Below the pieces are notes generated by a model that made no database searches, had not been told where the DNA came from, and was given only the letters and a program-made list of their open reading frames with translations. Below are positions 11,884 through 23,620 of a DNA stretch of 64,000 bases, piece by piece. Position 1 is the stretch's first letter. Each line of letters opens with the position of its first letter. Origin of the DNA: Nemertoderma westbladi (taxonomy: Eukaryota > Animalia > Xenacoelomorpha). The position numbers were made by a program, and so were the translations under genes. The DNA is taken from assembly GCA_032718475.1 (NCBI GenBank), contig JAUCBJ010003493.1:1-64000 (forward strand). Direction: 5' to 3'.

Positions 11884-13752
11884 AATTGCAGTCATACGCT
11901 GGAGAACGGTTCGTCAGTAAAATGTACCAAGCATCTACTCGACTACTTTGTTTGGATTAAAGTATTATTTAATGCAGATATTGCCAACGGCTTAGAACCA
12001 TTGTATTTATACGATAACAGCGTGGTTACTGGATACTACTCTATGACATCGAATCCACCGGAATGTAAAAAAACTCGCGTTCTAGATTACATTGAGAAAG
12101 GAGATATCCAGATATGGAGGCCGAGCTTTTTCCGACAAATACGTTTGAACGCAACTGTTTGCCGCGTGTTTATAACGTCGCGGCAAACAGGATGCGAGAA
12201 CAATATCTGTCAGCACAAATCCATTTACCCTCTAACATCGGTTGACTGTCATAAAATGAGAAACAACCAATTGAGCTGCAAAGAATATTTCTGCAGGATG
12301 TTCGATGGTGTTGCCTGTAAAGATGTTTTATTGAAGTCTAGTTCACCTTGGGAACAGGTTGTTCAGTCGGAAAGTTTTAAAAGGAAGATGACTTGCGACG
12401 TGAAGGAAATACCGGTGTTCGCTACCCGCGCGAGAGACGACCAACACTTCCATATGGTTTGTATCGCGGAGGAAGATTGTTCGCACTGCCACGTTCCCAA
12501 CGAGGGTTGCGTGTTAGGGGAGAAGGCGACGCTGGTGTGGGATTCCGTAGTGGAACAACTAGATGGTGGTGCGGAAGATCAGTTGATGTCCAGCTGGAGT
12601 GGCAAAGCGGATTTTATGTTCGGTGAAGAAGAGACTCCGGTAAAGATAATGATAAACTCTCTTCAGTTAGTAATAATCCCGACACCCATCACGTTTATAA
12701 AGAGGTCTGAGGAACTAGGCAACGGACGAACAGTTTGCAAAGGCCATAATAATAGCAATCCCAACAACCAAGAAGTTTGTTATGAAGATACAGAAAGTAA
12801 ATATATTTACGTCTTTAAAAAGAAAAATAATTTAAACGGCGAATTGGCGAATATAAATGCTATGTTCAAAGACTTCAAAAACATGGTAAACCAAGAAGAA
12901 TTAACAAATCGTATAGAATATTTAAGTGAAACGTTTATAGACGCTTTGTTGGAGACCAAGAGCGACCTCCTATATCAGTCGTGTCTTCGTCGCAGACAGG
13001 AATACTTTATCACTAATATGACGTCACAATTGATCCCCAGTTACGTCATGAGGAGTCTAGGGAAATCAGCATCCGGTAGTTTCGACGGCTCGACTATCAA
13101 GGCTGGGTCATGTTGGAAGCTGACCAACTACTCGATAGCGGACAGTCTGCGTTTGTTTACTTTCCCAAGAGGATTCTCCTACTGCTCCTCTCACCCCTTG
13201 ATCGTATACCGAGGTCGCACCTACCAGATAGGAGTGGACGGGAACGCCAACTTCCAACCGATTCGCAAACATTATTGCCGCGATGACTTGGACACGCGGT
13301 TCTATAAGATAGGGGGAGAAGTCGTCGTCTATGTGAACTACACGCGGTTCACTGGTTACAAGAAACTTCCGGGGATCAATAGGATTCACTTTACCGAACC
13401 GCGCAAGTTCACCAATCTATCCCAGATGATTAATTTTCCTGGAATAAACGACGACAAAGATAACTCCTATTCCTCTAGTTCAGATGGATTCCAGACACTA
13501 TATAACCTCCGAGCGCAACAGCACTCGCTCATTCTGAAACTAGAAGAAATCTTCAATACTCAACTCTTTGGGCAGATGGAACTGGTGTTTCTAGAGAACA
13601 TCTTGTACTCTTTACTCCACATTCTGGTGGGCCGTGCTGTGCAGATTGTTGCGCTGCTTATAATGGTGTTCGCATGCGCGAGTGGTTGGCTGTTTGTTGT
13701 GCGCGTTGTGCTGCTGATTATAAATGCGGTTTGGAGAGCCTTAAATAACTAA
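11884..13752 (+). CDS. Class III viral fusion glycoprotein-like protein (chuvirus/Monjiviricetes G or herpes gB-like; env-like endogenous viral element)
   Basis: Frame is open from 11884 (stop at 11881-11883) to 13752. Cys-rich ectodomain with motifs CHVPNEGCVLGEKATLVW, helical SCLRRRQEY..P.YVMRSLG..G..I..GSC and CSSHPLIVYRG. N-glycosylation sequons NAT, NNS, NMT, NYS, NYT, NLS; C-terminal hydrophobic anchor. The true start is unresolved. Confidence 0.72.
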   Translation, partial: NCSHTLENGSSVKCTKHLLDYFVWIKVLFNADIANGLEPLYLYDNSVVTGYYSMTSNPPECKKTRVLDYIEKGDIQIWRPSFFRQIRLNATVCRVFITSRQTGCENNICQHKSIYPLTSVDCHKMRNNQLSCKEYFCRMFDGVACKDVLLKSSSPWEQVVQSESFKRKMTCDVKEIPVFATRARDDQHFHMVCIAEEDCSHCHVPNEGCVLGEKATLVWDSVVEQLDGGAEDQLMSSWSGKADFMFGEEETPVKIMINSLQLVIIPTPITFIKRSEELGNGRTVCKGHNNSNPNNQEVCYEDTESKYIYVFKKKNNLNGELANINAMFKDFKNMVNQEELTNRIEYLSETFIDALLETKSDLLYQSCLRRRQEYFITNMTSQLIPSYVMRSLGKSASGSFDGSTIKAGSCWKLTNYSIADSLRLFTFPRGFSYCSSHPLIVYRGRTYQIGVDGNANFQPIRKHYCRDDLDTRFYKIGGEVVVYVNYTRFTGYKKLPGINRIHFTEPRKFTNLSQMINFPGINDDKDNSYSSSSDGFQTLYNLRAQQHSLILKLEEIFNTQLFGQMELVFLENILYSLLHILVGRAVQIVALLIMVFACASGWLFVVRVVLLIINAVWRALNN

Positions 13753-15684
13753 CATTGGACTTTAGGAAGTAATGTAAGGAACGTGTAATTGTTATGCTGT
13801 ACTATATATTATAAATAGGCCTAGTCTAGAAATACAAACCAATTTATCAATTGCTAACAAATTTCGGCTAGAGTTCTGTTACGGGATTATCCCTCCTATC
13901 TGTACTTCGCCACCCCAGAAACCAATATATCACCCTATTAACCATCAGCCTTATAACGGCAGCAATTATCACCCCCCAATAAAGGGGATTACTATCTAGC
14001 CAACCAATCGATTAGTGTAGTCCCCCCCCCCCCCCCCCCCCCCCCCCTATCTTATTAGGAGCCCACTTCACAGCGGGATACTTACTGTAAGAATCTCAGG
14101 GATACTTTCTGTAAAAATCTCAGGATACATTACACTGACTGACTGACATACTGACTGATAATTATCTAGATTAAGGCACTTCCTGCCTGGCGATTTTGAT
14201 GAAATTTTGCAAGTACATTGCTTTGGTGGTTCATAATCGCGTTACAAAATTTCAGATCGATTCTATGTGTGGTATTCGATATATTTAGTTTTTTGATATT
14301 GTTTTGTCGCGAAATTAAAAGCAATGGTAAAATAACAGCTGGTGTTCATGATGAAATATGGCTTAATATGTTATAGAAAAACGTGTTGGTTGCCAAGTTT
14401 TACTGGAAAGGCAATGTTTACTCACACATAAGCTGTTGGTTTCTAATGTATTACCCCATAAGCTGATTGCTCTCCCAGTGCTTCCTAAGGGTATATCTAC
14501 AATAAGGTTACTCACTCTGCTATGTTAGGGGGTCGGGTGGATCAGGAGAATGAATTTTAGTTACACAAAGCAGTGTGTTGTATCCTATTGCAGTCGATAC
14601 TCACTGTGGATTGCAAAATGTTTTATAGTTGACCTACAATATAATACAGTAGTTGCATGTATTTAAAGAGCCCGCTCTGGCCTACTGCCTAACTTAGCAG
14701 TAATCTATATTACATATTCACATATTAAAAATATTCTTATTTTTTTTATTACATACGATTTTTTAGCTGAAGCATTAATAGTGTAAATTAATTTAATTAT
14801 ATTTTAATACCATTACTACATTGGCATACTGTAAGATAAGTTTTAATATTTCTTACAAATAGTGGTGCGAGCATAAATCAAATCACGCAAATTTAAAAGA
14901 ACCGGGTGTGTTGTCATAGCAAAGTTTCAGTTTTTATTATGTGGGACGAGCCACAAAGTACTGCTGAGAAAGACTGAAAGGTTCAAAGACTGTATGTCAA
15001 CAATGTTATTATTATTATAGTCTGCGCCACAAACAGAATATGCCAAATAATTAAATTAGCAATATAAATTTCAGAAAAATAACTATCGGACTTGGCTGAA
15101 GAAATCGAATTATAATCCACTTAGTTTGTTATATTGATGATATTATTACTCTCTGGGAATGTGTTGGAATGGGAGATTGTAAATTATTATTGAACAGTAA
15201 ATATTACATATCCCATAAAAGTCGTCATAATTAATTGTGTAGAAACAATTGTTCACCTTCTCGTTTAGATTAATTAGTAAATAAATAAATTAGTTTAGAT
15301 ATTTTCTGTTAGCGAATTTATTTCGAATAATAAAAAAGTGTGTAGGCCGATTGTATGGTTGTTTTATTTGCGTTATGATTTTTCGCCGTGACCTAGACTT
15401 CTATTAATTGTTAAATCTAATGGTTTTCAAAAAGAAAGGTAACCGTACCTGTACTGGTAAATCTAACTTGTTATTTATCTGGTTGTGAATCATGGGCATT
15501 TTCTTATAAATATTCGGTTGTTAGTGGCAGCAAAGTTTCATTTTTTATTATGTGGGGCAAGCCACAAAGTCAGCTATGTATCATCACACCATTTAGACAA
15601 TTGTTTAGTTTAGTATTGGCTAGGATTCTTCCCCCCGGGCTCCTTCCAGCCAGCTTGCTGGCTCTCTAGTAGTATCATATCATA

Positions 15685-16159
15685 TACACCATGACCGGTA
15701 ATATAGTGTCATTTTCTGATGACACGGACACCCCCGCAAATTTTTCTACAAATCTTTATCATATTGCTTGAAATTAGTTCAACTCACCGTGATTGTTACC
15801 ATGAAGCCGGAATTTTCTATTTCGTCTTTAAATTTTTTTTATAAGCGTTTTAAAAAAGTGTCTTTTGCGAAATCGCACCCTCTGTATCATTGCCATTCTT
15901 CACATTAGTCGTAATTTCTTTATATCAATAGAAAGCTTGCGTTGCAAGGATTCCAAATATGTAAAAATATCTGAATCTCGTTGAGGAACAGCTGAGAAAT
16001 AGGCGTTCTAAGATTACAAGAATTATTGTTCGCTGCAGGCCATTTATTCTATTTAATAAATACACGATGTTCTAGAACGTGTTATTTATTTTACGAGTTG
16101 GTTGGCAACAGCGGTATGTCTATACAATATCTATACTACGTAGTTAATCATACATAAAC
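15685..16159. mobile_element. Left arm and centre of the TA-CACCATG MITE family; continues at 22027-~22108 after the CRE insertion
   Basis: Begins TACACCATGACCGGTAATATAGTG and is the reverse complement of 3222-3658. 22027 onwards matches 3242 onwards. Confidence 0.82.
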
Positions 16160-16398
16160 TATGATTGCATTGAAAAAAAAATACAAGCTAGTTTTTACAA
16201 TTAATATTAATTATTTGTATTACATCACAACAAAAAATTAGTTGTTAGTTGGATTTTGATTTTAAAAAAAACACGATTTTTTTATTCGAAATTATGAAAT
16301 ATTGTAACGCATAGAACATTTGAATAGTTAGCTACCTAGCTAACCCAGTTAATGCTTTAATGCTTTAATAATTCATTTTCCTCAATCACCTACTAATT

Positions 16399-17332
16399 AT
16401 GAACAACACATGTATAGATCTTTCAGACAGTGTACTTCAAAATGATATACCACCTTGTTCAGTAGATCTGTATAGGTTTAGTGGGATGAACATATCTTCA
16501 GATGACATTTCTTCACTTTCAAAAGACAAGTGGTTAACAGACAACATTATTGAAGCCATCATTAAGAACCTATGTACCAAATTTAGTGGCTCGGCCAAAG
16601 TCTTTAATTCCAATTTCTTGTCGATTTTCAAGCATAAAGGACTCCGAGGTGTGAAACGATCAAGCACGTCTGACCTTTTGGACTTTGATTTTTTGTTTTT
16701 CCCTTTCAACATTAGTAAACTGCCATTGGGTTATGCCTGTTTACTCTCCAAAGACCAGTCAGCTATGGTACTTTGACTCGCTAGCGTGGAGGACTCAGGA
16801 ATCACGAGATCTCAGGAATTACAGAGATGGATAGCCGAAATACATCTCGACTTCGACATCACTCAGCCGCATCTTAGCATTGTCATGCGGCTACCAAAGA
16901 TCCAGCAAAATGGCCACAACTGTGGAGCTTTTGTTTGTTACTTTGCCTCGATTCTTTTAAATGGACGATCTTTTAGCAATCTCGACGACTCAATAGTTTT
17001 TGGTGTTTTTTTTAGTTTTTTTAGTGTTTGCAATGAAATTGAAAATGAGGCAGTTCTTGTAAGGCACAGAAACGAAAATGACAATAATATCAGGGATGGT
17101 GTGGCGCCATTTATCAGTAACTCCACTCCCATTAGTGGCGGCCAACTAAAATGTACTTCTGACCAGCCTAATACATCCACAATAGTTTATAGCCAAGGCT
17201 CCCACAGCCACTCATCATGTGATGTTTATTCGAAAAGCGTAGCATTTAACAGCAATGGGACTCGGAGGAAACATAAAGCGAACAACACAGGGATGACCTG
17301 CACGGGCTCCGGCACTAAAGTTGTTCAGCAAC
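16399..17332 (+). pseudogene. Ulp1/SENP-type (peptidase C48) cysteine protease domain of the CRE-like ORF, frameshifted
   Basis: WLTDNII, FFPFN, then CHW after a frameshift at ~16720, YFDSL at ~16770 and QQNGHNCGAFV give the His-Asp-Cys triad plus the oxyanion Gln. Confidence 0.85.
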
Positions 17333-18526
17333 TGTTCGCGCTTTCAGACCTTTGGCAGTTTAACCCGCCAAATTAGGATGTCTTCTAGATATTAAATCGC
17401 TTTTTAGCCTATGACAAATATTTGATTCACTACACTAGTCGAAACCAATCTGTGCGCGATCATTCACCCGCTGGATATTCCCGGGAGATTGGGTTCGACG
17501 GTTTAATTTTATTGCTATGTAAGCCTAATGTATTATTCGACTGACAGTATTATATAATCTCTGACAATATTATTTACCTTCGGGAATATTAACAGTTCCT
17601 TTAGGACGTGGCGCTTTATCTATATAAACAGAGTTATGACTTAAACTACTCACAACGATATGGCTTAATTATAATTCACATATATGGCGCATTCTTTAGG
17701 AATTGCTTCTTTAACAGACTCACTCATACACAATGCTGCACAATACTGCACACTAATCTGCCAATCTTCACTGATTTTAGTCACATATAAAAGGAACACA
17801 GACTGACTCATGTAGGGTCTACCAAATAACATTAGATTCACTTCAAACCACTTTAACATAAGTCACAATCGTTATTGATAACCTTTCTCTCTTACCTTCG
17901 GTATATCAAGAATATTGGGTGTCGGGGTTATTTCTCGTTATTCCAATATAATAATTCATCAACAAATATAATGAATAACCGACAACAAATAGCAGTATGC
18001 AGTATTCACAGATCAATCGTGCCAGTTTGTTTTGAGTTAAGACAATCAGTCAGTCATCAGGTGCGTTTGGTCAGTTAAAGGATATATGTCCTTATGATTA
18101 AACCTACTAGTGTTGAGCTAAAAAGCAGAAAGCACAAAACACTAAAAGCCGTTCTTTCGTGGCTTTGAAAAACTCGTGACTACTGCTCTATACGAGGATA
18201 CCAACTCCCTTATTCCACGAAGCTCCCGTTCAACACAGAGAAAGAGCAGTGAGATAGGAAATTTTCAGTTCAGTAGCCTGTGATAGGTCAAAATCAAGGC
18301 TAACTCAAATTCTATTGGGAGATACAAAAACAAGGCTATGACGCAACCTCCCTAGGCTTGTTGGCCGATTAAACAGAGCCCAGATGCCTGCGTACAGCAA
18401 ATCAGCCAATAAGCTGGTAACTTGCACTATTTTTAGCTGTAGATCACTTTGAGAGTATTCTTAGCGACGGGGGGGGGGAACTGGCCAACAAGGCAAACGA
18501 ATCAGTTAGCCCACAAAAGCTTTTAC
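17333..18526 (-). mobile_element. Solo LTR (1194 bp) of a BEL/Pao family related to the 43085-56005 element
   Basis: Reverse strand starts TGTAAAAGCTTTTG and ends GCGCGAACA, like LTR 43085-44324. 5-bp TSD GCAAC at 17328-17332 and 18527-18531. Confidence 0.92.
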
Positions 18527-21500
18527 AGCAACTGGTTCACTCCAACCCGGACAGGGAAACAACCAAACATCCATGTACTGATCCAATTATCTCAAGCCAA
18601 GGGGACATACAAATATCACTGGATCGAAACACACCAATATTTGCTTCCAAAAATACCCCGACCACTTCTGGTTGATCCGCTCTTTCAGTTAACACCGAAC
18701 AGTCAGAAAAGGAGTACACAAGGGCAAATATGGACCTACCTGGTTTTACACTTTGCAACAATGGGTTTTCTTGGAATGGAGTGCCAGGGGATTTATTCCT
18801 CACCCAGTTAAATGATGCCTACAACGAAATTGTTCATTGGTCCCCTGACCTTTTTGAAGTGCCAAGATCTAAAGCTGGGCATCGTTTTGTCACACTGATG
18901 TCAGGATTGCTAAAGGCTTTCACTGAAAAATCCAACATGGAAAGTATCTCGTTGCTGGCAGTGATGGTTGTACCGGCATTGTTGCTTCGCTCGGCAGCAA
19001 AAAATGCAAGTTCATCCACCCTTAGTGAAACCATAATTAGACGTATTGATCTGTGGGAAGCTGGGGATCTTGAAGAACTGCTTATAGAGGGTCGCACACT
19101 GCAATCTCGGAGGCATAAGATCAAAAAGGCAAAAAACATCGATGAAGGACACCGACGCGCTTTCATTAAAAAGATGTCCCATGGTCAAGTCTCTGCTGCT
19201 GTAAATCTACTTGGAAATAAAAGCAGGGGTGGTATACTTAATCTGAAAGACAGGGTGAAAAATAAAAGTGTAAAAGCAATCCTACTAGAAAAGCACCCCA
19301 TGCCTGGTCCTGTGGATCATACTCTTATCGAAGACAATTGGTATAGAGAAATTGATTTTCATCGTATAATTTTCGATAAAATTGATGGGGACATGATTCT
19401 ATCTGCTGCACTACGCACAAAAGGCTCTGCTGGCCCCTCAGGCATGGATGCAGATGCCTGGCGGCGGATACTGACGGCCTTTGGCCGATCTTCAGGTGAT
19501 CTGCGGAAGGCCGTTGTGGGTCTAGCTAGAAGATTTGCTACTGAATATGTTGATCCACAATCCTTAATAGCTTTCAATGCCTACCGCCTAATAGCACTGG
19601 ACAAAAGTCCTGGGGTGAGACCAATTGGGATAGGAGAAGTGCTGAGAAGAATAGTAGGCAAGGCTATAATGAAATCTGCTAGATCTGACCTGGAGGAACT
19701 CGGTGGAAACTTGCAACTTTGCCTTGGACAAAAAGCAAGAATAGAACACGGAATCCACTCACTAAGGGCTTTCTTTGAAACGGATGAGTGCGAGGCAATC
19801 CTCCTCATAGATGCAACAAATGCCTTCAATTCTCTGAATAGGCAACTTGCCCTAAGAAATGCATCTGTCATCTGCCCAGCCCTTGCTGCTGCACTTACGA
19901 ATTCATACAGAGCAGCAGTTCCACTTTTCGTCGATAATGAGACTATCTGGTCGCGGGGAGGGAACTACTCAGGGTGACGTCCTGGCCATGGCCATGTATG
20001 CTATTGGCACCCTTCCCATGGTCAAGAAATTGGGGGAATTCCTCAAATCCTCAGATCCGACTCCAGCTGTCCTAATAGAAAATGCCACCAGTACACCTAC
20101 ACAGTGTTCTTCGATACCTCCGGAATCCTCCAGAAATGTCACAGTTGAGGCTTACCAAGCAACAGCCCACATCAGTACCCACACGCATTTAGTCCAATGA
20201 CTATAAGATGCAATCAGGCTTCTCCATTAAAAAATGTAGATGACAACGGCGACCAACAAGCCGATACATGGGACGATGTAATTGACACCTCACACCCAGT
20301 ACTTCAAGAAACTAAGCCAGTCGACACTCAGAAGCCTTCAATTAGATCTACATGAATATCCTCCCTACCCCACTGTAAACGATCATCATGAAAAATCAAG
20401 ATCTATTCAAAAATGGTATGCAGATGACGCGAGTGTCGGAGGTAGACTGAAAACTCTATTGCTTTACTGGCAAATGGTCTGTCAAATCGGCCCTGGCTAT
20501 GGATACTACCCAAATGCTGTGAAGACAAAGCTTATAGTTAAGGGAGACTTAAATACTGAATCACTTGACTTGTTTGCCTCTACAGGTGTTGAGATCGTAA
20601 ATGGCCATAGGGTTCTGGGGTCAGTCATTGGGAGTGATCTAGCATGTACAGAAATCATAACTAAGAAAGTGGAAGAACTTTCCGATGAACTTTCATGCGT
20701 AACAAATTTCGCAAAATCGGCACCTCATCCATCATACAGCTGCTTTATTTTCGGTTTCCAACATAAGTTGAACTTCCTTGCCAGAACAACACCACACTTT
20801 ACCGATGCCCTCGAACCCTATGAACACCTTATCACGAACAAGTTTATCCCATCAGTCACTGGTAGGAATCCTCCCGGCGATGTGGAAAGACAACTGTTAG
20901 CTCTGCCAACCCGAGAGGGAGGCCTGGCAATTCTCCAGCCCTCTGATCTATTACAATGCTATAGTAATTCTATGAAGATCTGTGAACCACTAGAACAGCT
21001 TGATCTAGGGCTAGGCCTAAGAAGCGCAATGTCTGAAATTATCACCAAGGTGAAGACTGCTGACCTCTGCGCGCTTAAGACAAAATGTGATATCCTCCAC
21101 AACTTCCTAAGCCCGGATGCCCAATATCATCGCAATCTGGCAAAGGAAAAAGGTGCATCGGCTTGGCTGAGCGTCCTACCCATATCGAACAACGGGCTTT
21201 CCCTACACAAATCCGCATTTCGGGATGCCCTTTGCCTACGGTACGGGTGGACCCCAGCAAAACTTCCCACAACATGTGTCTGTGGTGCTTCCTTCACTGT
21301 GTCTCATTCGCTACACTGCCCCACAGGTGGATTTCCAAACTTGAGACACAACGAGATACGAGATCTGCTAGCTGAAATCCTCTCGGAAATTTCTAAAGAT
21401 GTTGAGTTGGAACCACACCTTCAGAAAGTGGAACAGGAACAATTCAGCTTGCTCAGCACCACAAGGGAGGATGATGTTCGCTTGGACGTTGCAGCCTCGG

Positions 21501-21931
21501 GTGTATGGGGAGGTACTTTTGAGCGAACTTACGTAGACGTGAAGGTCTTCAATCCTCATTGCGACTCCAACCCAAGGTCAATTGATGCTGCATACAATAT
21601 GCACGAGAATGCAAAGAGACGGAAGTACGAGGAGCGAATCAATATGGTTGAACATGCAGGCTTCTGCCCTTTTGTAGCTGCAGCAAGTGGAGGTCTAAGT
21701 AGATCGGCCAATGCGCTCATAAATCGCATGTCCTTGCTACTGTCTGCAAAGCGTGATACCCCTTACTCCATAATGGTAGCGCTCCTACGAGTAAAGATGT
21801 GTTTTGCCCTTCTGAGATCGTCCGTGATGTGTCTACGTGGTTCAAGGAGCCACAGAAAGGCTGCTGGTAAAGCCACCAAAGCAATCGCTGAAACAGGTTT
21901 TCTATCTCTTTCAGCCAGTTCCGGTATCTAA
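18527..21931 (+). pseudogene. RT plus restriction-like endonuclease region of the CRE-like element (ORF pieces 18730-19977, 19859-20200, 20282-21931)
   Basis: RT and RLE motifs lie in order across frameshifts at ~19955 and within 20200-20400. Confidence 0.9.
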
Positions 21932-23123
21932 ATAATAATAACATGCAAATTAGAAACTCTCAAAATATTAAATACGTAATTAATGTTGATTTATAAATAG
22001 AAACTGTGTGTTAAAAAAAAAATAATATAAACAAATTGTTCCAGAATATTGTGTATTTATTGAATAGAATTGATAATTCTGATAATTCTTGCAATATTTG
22101 AACGCCTAAAGGAGTTACAGCATCTATCCCCCCGGAACTAGTCACGGGATTCCTGCGAGTGTGAAAAACTTAAAGGGTAATGCAAAGCCTAAAGAAAAAC
22201 ACAGTATTGGTTGGACATCAATTTATTCCTCCAGACTTTGTTCTCTAAATGATTTCTTCTGTACAAATAACAATATAAATTATTTACTTTATAGGACTGC
22301 TGCCTTTACTTTATGAGATTTTGGCCTATATCAAATTTTGATACCCAGCTGTCCAGTTAGTCTTCAACATTATAGTGAATTTGCTGGGTTCTGTTAGAAA
22401 GCTGGCCAGGCAAGGATTCCAAAAATGTAGAATTTGGTTGTGAAATAGCTTTTTTAAACTCGAGTGTGAGAATGTAAAGAGGTAGAATTACATTAAGGAA
22501 GGTTTACAAAAATAAACTCTGATACTCCGGTTCACTTTTTCATAAAATGTGGTAAATTTGTTACATTACGAATCGGTGGTGTACTGATTATTATGAATTA
22601 TCAGACATTCATCAAACATTCTTTGAAGTTACTCCACACAATAACTGTACGAGATCACGATTACTACAGAAGAGCCCTGATAAGGGTTAATTTGGTTATT
22701 GAATAGATACAAACACACCAATATAAAATGAAACACGGGCGTTAGACCAACAATACGGAAATAGTTGTAAACAATAAAACAAAATTTATAATAACGATAA
22801 AATTAATCAGCTGAAATAGAACTACCAATGAGTTTCATATGAGAATAATAGGTTATTTTATTAACATGTGCTGAGCTACTTTATTGCACTCCGTCACTAG
22901 TTCCAGTATGCAATATTATAATACTTTATTGCATTACCGATACAAAATGCCTAAACTGATGTATCGAAATGCAATAAAGGGGGAGGTGGGGATGGACACC
23001 GATGGACAGGAGTTACACCATATATCTCCCCAGAGTAGTATAGTAAATCAGTAAATCATATAACAACAATATCCTATCTAAATGGGCCTATTCTGTATGT
23101 GTGTATAATCATAAGTACGGGGT

Positions 23124-23154
<31 letters not shown>

Positions 23155-23620
23155 GGGTGGGTGTCCTAAAATAATTCAAGAGGAATGGAGCTAGTTTGTG
23201 TATTCAACGTCGGGTGTCTGTCTCTAATAAATAATGTCTCTTTAATGTATAAACTAAAGGAATCACGCGCCGTAATAGATCTTTTCTACAGAAAGGATAT
23301 TTGATGACACAAAAAGTAGGCGATCTAAATTTACCCTGTTAACCTGTACTATACAGTACAGCCAATATAATTCCGGCATTATACATTGTAGTTTAAGTTT
23401 TGGCCAATGAGACTCAAGCAAATCCAATTGTCAACAACTGGAACTTATGTACTGTAACACAACACACACATGTTAACCACTGTGGTTTTAGCTGAAGGAT
23501 CAGATTTTTCTTTTAGATGCTGTATATCCAAACTTTAAGATTTTTTTTTTTATTATTAACATTGATTTTGTCTTTGTCTTAATATTACAAATATCCTGTC
23601 ACACTCACCATAGTAGAAGT

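Larger units (their letters stand above)
16160..22026 (+). mobile_element. Apparently full-length CRE-like (RLE-type) non-LTR retrotransposon with N-terminal Ulp1/C48 protease, degenerate
   Basis: ATAAAC TSD at 16154-16159 and 22027-22032, A-rich tail at 22013-22026, and flanks that rejoin into the MITE seen at 3230-3340. RT motifs RPIGIGEVLRR, IDATNAFN, TTQGD, WYADD. RLE motifs CVCG..H..C..RHN, RLDV, DVKV. Confidence 0.85.

Noticed and set aside
14021-14047. Poly-C/poly-G tracts (also 23117-23152, 58169-58187, 62494-62513)
   Set aside because: Homopolymers common in the local repeat families; length is unreliable in assemblies.
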